DNA from: Diplonema japonicum
Taxonomy: Eukaryota; Protista; Euglenozoa: Diplonemea
Direction of reading: 5' to 3'
NCBI GenBank assembly: GCA_964019335.1
Contig: OZ025705.1
Coordinates: 372,001-436,000, forward strand
Length of the DNA: 64,000 nt
Shown one piece after another: positions 57,196 to 64,000 of this stretch. The stretch's first letter is position 1, and each line of letters begins with the position of its first letter. A program made the translations under genes and the position numbers. The notes under the pieces are model-generated. The model saw only the letters and a list, made by a program, of their open reading frames with translations, made no database searches and had not been told where the DNA came from.

Positions 57196-57765
57196 TTTTT
57201 TTTTTTTTTTTTTTGAACCTCTGCCCTTTAGTAGTATTTCGGAGTAGAACAGCCCGCCTTTTGTAGAAAAAAAAAAAAAAGGTTCGAGAGAAAATGGAAA
57301 TACTTAGAGAAGCGGCCCTCCTTTAAAAAAAAAAAAAAAAAAAATCATTGGAGCTATCCTCTTTTTTTTTTTTTTTCTTCTTCATAACTAACTCACCCCC
57401 TCCTCTTCCTCCGTTCCTTTTTTTTTTCCCCCCCAGCTCTCTAATTTTTTTTTTTCCCACCCCGTTTTTTTAAAAAAAAAAAAAAAAACCCCTATTTTTT
57501 GTGGCAATAAATTCAAAAATTGTGTATTCACACAAATTGACCAATAAAAAAAATGGTTTTTTTTTTTTTTCTTTTTTTTTTCCGAAAAGGGATGAAAAAG
57601 AAAAAAGAAGGAGAAAAGAAAAAAAAAAAGGGAGGAAAGCAAGAAAAAAAAACTAAAGAACAGGAGGGGGGGGAGGGGACCGTGTAAACAAAACAAAATC
57701 TTTTTTTTTTTTTGGTACACCTACTAGCCTAAGTTCCTTTCTTCTCTCTTATTTATTTCTTCTTC

Positions 57766-58350
57766 TCACAGCTGCGACTCAAATCTAAAAGCGAGCCCGA
57801 CCCTTGCGCCCTCCTGCGCCACAGACGCCAGAGTAGAGTGTTCTAAAAGCTCAGCTTGGGTACTATTCACCTGGACCGCACCAACAGAAAGCTTGCTAGA
57901 AGCAAGGGGGAGAGAAACACCGATTTCATTAGAAGCAAAGGAAACATCGCCCGCCCAGCTTCGAGACGTATGGACGCCATAGAGGGAAACTCCAGTGCTG
58001 GTTAAACGTGGTGAAGATTCAACTTTAACTCGAATTTTTTTCCCGACTTTTCGACTAGCCTCCATGTCTGCCCCTAAGACTGACCGAGAGACACAGCTGA
58101 ACTCTGGGGTAATGATGCCGAATCCCATGTTCGCAATGGCCTTGCACCTCCCTTCGATAATGTCCTTTGAAAGGCTGTCTGTTGCCTTGCGTCCGCCCTG
58201 GACCTTTAGAACAACACCGTTAGTTAAATCGAATTTCGCCTTGAGCTGGTGTGCCCACCCCTTGTCGCTGGGTCCTTCCACGCTACCCTCCCTTTGTATC
58301 AGCCGCTCTGTTGTGGCCTGCAGATTTAGTTTCCCGAGCTGCGCTCGTAG

Positions 58351-58381
<31 letters not shown>

Positions 58382-58710
58382 CCTTCCAACATACCCACCC
58401 CAGCCGAGCAGTATTCGTCATTCAAAGAACCCTTCACGAGGAGCGAAGGCATCCCTGCTATCTTTTTAGTATGTTTAACCTTCAAGGTAGGCATTGAAGT
58501 GACTTCTGAGGAAGCTGTTAGTTATGGTGTGTTTTAGACAGTGGCGGTGGCGGGGGATAGCATACGGAAGAAAGACTTGCTGCCTAGTTCGTTTGTCTTC
58601 ACCTCTATGCAGGTCCCGTCCTTCTCTTCTCTGCTTGCGGCAGAACTCGATAAACCAAAGGCACCCATCCTCAGCCCTGCCGCAACCAGGTTTGGTGGTA
58701 AGGCAGCCAT
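57766..58710 (-). CDS. Putative mitochondrial outer-membrane beta-barrel protein (283 aa); introns at 58515-58565 and 58353-58394
   Basis: Splicing joins two ORFs; alternating hydrophobic strands; C-terminal RVGLAFRF matches the beta-signal. Confidence 0.55.
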
Positions 58711-59514
58711 TTCCTTTTTTTTTTTTTTTTTTTTCGTTTTCCCCCTTCCTCCTTTTTTTTTATTTTGCAAAAAAGGAAGAGAAAAAAAAAGATTTTTTTC
58801 TTAAATACTTGTGTAGCATATTGGAAAGGGGAGGGGGGGGGGGGGGGGGGTAAACTCTGGGGACAGTTTATTTTGGATGTAGAAAAACGGGAGTAGAAAA
58901 AACGGGGGGGGGATAAAGTTTAGGGGGGTTATTAAAAAAAAAGGAGTAACAGAGAAAGGGGAGCAAAAAAAAAAGAAAATGAAACTGAGAAATGGGGGTT
59001 GGGAAGAAAGGTTGTTTAAAAAAAAAAACTCAAAGTAACCTACTTTTTTTTTTCCGCTTTTACATTTCGTAAGAAAGTAAGAAAAGGCAAGAGGGGGGGG
59101 GGGGGGGCGAGCAAGCATAGGGGGGGGGGGGGGGGCTTACATTCCTTCGCTGGACGGAAGTTGTAAAGTTTAAAAAAAGGAACTGGCCGTTGTTTGTAGT
59201 GCCGGGTAAAACCTGGAGAAGTTTGTCAACCCACGACACGTTGCCAAATGTTTCCCTTTTGTTTTGACAACTCAAAGACTCGTTCTTGCAAAAAAAAAAA
59301 AAAAAAAAAAAAAAAAGAAGACGCAGGTGGCACAACTCGCACACAATTCCAACATGGGGCTGCTTTTCATATTATCTGTGGGAGGGTGTGCAAAAACATA
59401 CCATAACTTATAACCTCCCACCATCCCCCCCTTTTTTTTTTATATCTCACCAGTGCATGTCCCACAACATCTCCTGCTTGTAGTTTCGATTCGAAGGGGA
59501 GAAAAAAAAACACC

Positions 59515-59547
<33 letters not shown>

Positions 59548-62500
59548 CCCTCTCTTTCTGAATCGCCCATTCTTACATGAGAGGGGGGACCTTTACTTCA
59601 TTTAAAAAAAAAAAAGAAAAGAAACAAAAAAGAAGAAGAAAAAAAGACCTTACCCCCTCGGCCCGATACATATTAACATTTGACCGTGACTCGATTTTTT
59701 TTTCCCCCGTATTTTCAGCTCGTTTCGAATTGGGGTGGGACCCCCTTGGAATTTTGGTAAAATTAGTTACAAATAAGTAGCGAACAAAAAAAAAATTGAG
59801 AAGGTGGTCCCGGACAAAAAAGAATTCTCAGAGACATATTTCAGGTTTAATTCTTGAAAGAAACGTGGGGTAGTTTCTTAAACAAATAACGTGTGGTCAT
59901 TCAAACAGGGAAAAAAAAAAGATTATTTTATGACTTTGTTTTTGTTACCATTCGTTGACGTGCCAGGGTGCTTTATTGTTCGCGGCAAGCATTAAAAAAA
60001 AAAAAATCTTTTTAGAAATAGAGCTGTTAAGAGTTTTTAAAAGTTCCTTGCTCGGCGCAAGTTGGCATGAGGTAAGAATACAAATATTTGTGGAATAAAA
60101 AAAATTCTTTTTTTAATCGCACCCATCTGATCGTGCTCAACTGTAACTTGCAAAAAAGAAGAAGAACCCCCCCCCCCCCCCGAGGAATAAAGGAGGGGAA
60201 AGGAAAAGAAGAGAGAAGAAAGGAGACCCCCAGTTTACGTTTTCATTTTTTTTTTTAAGACTTGGTTTAGCAAAAGAGAGGAAGGCGAGAGGGAGAAGGG
60301 AAAAAAAAAAAAAAAAAAAAGACTGCAAAAAAAAAAGTAGAACATTGTTTTATTTTTTTTATTTACCCCTTTTTTTTCTCTTTTCCACTCGGAGAGGAGA
60401 AAAAAAAAGATCATTTCATTCAAAAAAAAAAAAAACTGTTAACCAACTAAATCAGTCCTGTGGTGGATCTAGGTTTGGCCTCCAGTGGTTGGTGCCCCCC
60501 CCATTCTTATTACGTGAACAGTCAGAAAAAAAAGAAGCGTTTTAAAAAAAAATGGGGGGGGGAATAAGCTTGGCATTCTAACAGCCAAAGGGCACCCGTG
60601 CAAGCTATCAGAAGAAGGGGGGGGGGGGGGGATCAGAAGAAGGGGGGGGGGAAGAGAAAAAAGAAAGAAATAGTATAATCATCAGATTCTTTTTTTTTTT
60701 TAAGAAAACAAATTTTGCAAAAAGAAAATACCGCTTTCAAGCAAAAGGGTGTGGAAGAAGAACGTTGGTGTGTAAAAAAAAAAGAAGAAGAAAAAAAATT
60801 AGATAAAAAGAAATGTCATTGTTTTTTTTTTGACGTTGAGACAAATAGAAGAGGGGAGGGGGGGGGGAGAAAATGTGGTTGTTAAATCAGTTAAAGTCAT
60901 TCTTTTTCATTTTTTTAAACAACAATTTTTTTCTTCCTTTTTCATGAGCACATAATTTTTTTTTTCTTGCTTCATAGCTATACCAGTTTCCCTGCGATAT
61001 AACTTAGGCAATTCTCCCCTCCCCCTTCTTTTTTTTTTTTGAAAAAAGTTATTTTACACCAGTTTGCGTGGATTTCTTGGATTTATGTTTAGGTTATAAA
61101 GGCCCTACATTTAGGGCGGGGCGCTTGCACGTCTCATGTGGACAAGAGTATAAAAAAAAAAGAGGAAGAAGAAAGCAGTTTCCTAGAGACCCATTCCGGG
61201 TGCTCGGCTTTGCACAAAGTAATGTGTACATTGGGGGGGGGGGGGGGGGGGGGCAAGTCCTTCCTTAAAAACCCTTCCTTTTAGAATGGAGGATTTTTGC
61301 TTTTTTTTTTTAAAAGGAGGGGAGGGGGAGTGAGTTGCCACTGGCAGATAGCGTTGAAGCCAGAGTTCAGCTCATAATGTTTCGAAGGGAGGGGAAAAAA
61401 AAAATACCTTTCTCCTTCCCCACTTTTTTTTTTTTTCCCCATCCCCTTCAAAATTTTCATTGGGAGAACGAATTGAGCAAAACTTTCTCTCTTTTTTTTT
61501 TAATTGCTCTCCTCTTTCCTTTTTTAGTACAACAACAATGTGAGCCATGGGGTGAAAGGAATCCATATCAGTTTTTTTTTTTTCTCTCTCTTTTTTTCTT
61601 GTGGAGGAAGGGAGGTTTTTTTTTTCCCTCTTTTTTTTTTCCCAGAAAGGGATAGACTCGGTAACTGAGCCCAATGTTAGATAAAAATAATGGGGAAATG
61701 TGTTGGAGCAAAGATATTTATTTTTCTTCCCCTCTGACTTACATACCTAGCAAGTCACATCCATACCCTCTTTTTTTTTTTTTTTCCTTTTCCTTCTTTT
61801 TTCTTTCTTTTTTTTGTTTTTATACACAACTCTTCCTTTTTTTTTTCTTTCCGCTATTCACCATAAAAAAAAAAGCCTTATGCCCCTTTATTCAGAGCAA
61901 AGAATGCTAGTCAGCCAGAGAAAAGAAGAATACAAAATAAACGAGGGAAAGGGGGGGGAAAGAATAAAACCCCCCCCTTTTTTTTCTCTTTTCTCGCTTT
62001 TTTTTTTTTCCCTCCCTTCTCTGCGGTCTTTTATGAGCCAGCTAGGGGAGTGCTAAAAAAAAAAATGAAAATTTTCCAAAAATGAAAAAGGGGGGGTAAG
62101 AAAGAAAAAAAAAAGAGCCTTTTTTTTTTCTTGTTTTCAAACTTGCTATTATTTTATTTTGGCAATAAAGGCTCATTCTAGAACGTGGGTGTTTTCTTAG
62201 TAATAGACAAGAAGAAAAAAAAGGGGGGGTTAAAAAAGGACGAAAGGGACTTACGTTGCTGGTAACAGAGAGAAAAAGGAGGAAAAAGACTAAATAAAAA
62301 AGAAAAATATGGCCCGTAGTTTGCAAAGGTAAACCATTTCCTCAAAGAGAAAAAAATAAAAAAATAAAAAAATAAAAATGGCAGCATCTAATTGCGATTA
62401 TGCGGTTTTGAACCATTTTTTTGAATTATTTTGTCGTTAGGAAGTGTACTTTGGTAACCTGTTTTTTTTTCTTTTTTGGCTTATTTTTTTTTTCTGGAAA

Positions 62501-63336
62501 TAAAAATCAAAAGTACAACGGTCACCCCCCAAAAAAATCTTTTTTTTTCGCCACCCCAGACTTTTTTCGGGCAGCATATGACTTTTTGGAAAAGTTAGGG
62601 CCATAAAAAAATGAAAATAAAAAAGGAGGGTGAAATATTTTTAAAAAAAACAAAACACATCCCTTACCATATCTCTTCTCATTTCAAGCGTTTAAAATTT
62701 TTTATTTTTTAGAAAAAAAGTTTTCCTTTTTTTTTTGTTTTTGTTTTTTTTGTGTGCAAAAAAACACGACTTTTTTTTTGTCCGAGCGGGAGTTATTTTT
62801 TATAAAAAAATAATATGGAACATTATGAGAAAGGAAGCAGGAAGGGAGGGGGGGGAGAAGTTCTAAAAAAAAAGTTTTTTATTAGAAAAAACGCGTCTTA
62901 AAAAAAAAACAAAAAAAAAAAAAATGGGGCTTTGATTGCAACACTAGGTGGCGTTAAGCGTGCAATGAAGCACGAACTACCTACTTGATTACAGGGGGCG
63001 CTCCTCGGCCGAGCAGTAGCTTCTTCTGCGTTCCGCGTCGTGTCCTTAATGCGTGCGGTGTGCTCAACCCTAGCCGGGGCGTCACGGGTAACCAAGATTC
63101 TGCGCTCGTGCAGTTTGCTGCCTGTTCGTCACCCTGAGCATCTGCGTTACGTTCTTCCACTCGGGCGCTACCGGTGATGACCGACGAGGAGGTCAACAGC
63201 GAACAACACATCTGATGTACTTCTTATATTTCCATGTTATCCCCACCACCTAAAAAAAATAGGGGGGAATTATTATTTTTTTTCCCTTAGGTTTTAGTTT
63301 TTTTTTTTTTTTTAAATATAGGAGCTTCCCGCTCCC

Positions 63337-63948
63337 TCATACGCTGCCCGCAGCGACGGAGGGGAGGGAGATCCCAAAGAAACCAATATACTCAGTATCA
63401 ATGTTCTCGTCCTTGTTGGTTCCCTCCAAGAGCTGGACAGTAAGGGTGGTAGAGAGGGCGGGCACAGGTGGAACAAATACGTGATGGTCGGACGGAGTAG
63501 TCAGGGTGTACATTTTGTCGTGTACTTTGAACTTTCTAAGAGGTGACGAAAACCCTCTTCCAGCGCCTTTAGCATGGATTTCAGTCAAGAGGAATGGTAG
63601 CTTTGGCTGGCAGACGACCTCAGCAGAGCACACCCCTGAAGCGGTGCAGAAAACTCCTTCAGAAGCCTTCAGCATCAGCTCACACCTATATGCGTGCGAG
63701 TAGGCCCCTCCACTGCTCTTCACAACTTCCAAATCTATTTCCTGGACAGTCCCCTGGAGCACTTCCTTGTAGATGCCCTTGTAGCCGGTCAGCCCTTGGC
63801 ACCCGCTGAACTTGCTTGTCACCACTCCCTCCCAGTACCAGTCTTTCTTTGTCTCCTTTGCCATCCATTTGCATGTGCCCTCCAGCCCCACCAGCTCAGC
63901 TGCATCGCAGTACCCCGCCACTACAGTCCAGATGTCCATGGGCAGCAT
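63337..63948 (-). CDS. F-box protein
   Basis: LPMDIWTVVAGYC...LEGTCKWM...DWYW F-box pattern. Confidence 0.8.
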   Translation of the reverse strand: MLPMDIWTVVAGYCDAAELVGLEGTCKWMAKETKKDWYWEGVVTSKFSGCQGLTGYKGIYKEVLQGTVQEIDLEVVKSSGGAYSHAYRCELMLKASEGVFCTASGVCSAEVVCQPKLPFLLTEIHAKGAGRGFSSPLRKFKVHDKMYTLTTPSDHHVFVPPVPALSTTLTVQLLEGTNKDENIDTEYIGFFGISLPSVAAGSV

Positions 63949-64000
63949 TTTTTTTTTTTTTCTTCCCGAAGTAGAGCACTCTGTAGTGGTGTAAGTAAAT

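Overview
This is eukaryotic nuclear DNA from a euglenozoan. The evidence is KMP-11, an amastin-like gene, a euglenozoan-type beta-tubulin and a receptor-cyclase-like pseudogene. About 34 genes lie on the minus strand, consistent with one polycistronic, trans-spliced unit. Several genes also contain cis-spliced GT-AG introns, which favours a diplonemid or early-branching kinetoplastid (inference). Intergenic DNA is dominated by homopolymer runs. Main observations: (1) Twelve small introns (32-75 nt), most with poly(A)/purine tracts before the 3' AG, whereas gene-upstream (trans-splice-type) acceptors follow pyrimidine tracts. This is a possible cis/trans splicing code. (2) A cluster of mostly secreted, intron-less, partly bacterial-like enzymes: a GbpA-like AA10 LPMO with a CBM1-like module, an AOC/dirigent-like barrel protein, a BBE/AA7-like oxidase, an SGNH hydrolase and a GST. 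Part of it is duplicated about 47.5 kb away. (3) Two Crypton-like inverted-repeat/hairpin elements, one carrying a tyrosine-recombinase remnant. (4) A four-domain voltage-gated channel with a D/E/D/E filter and an internal PDZ domain. (5) A candidate mitochondrial outer-membrane beta-barrel. (6) A surface protein with about 59 repeats rich in N-glycosylation sequons. All assignments come from motif recognition by eye; no database searches were run.
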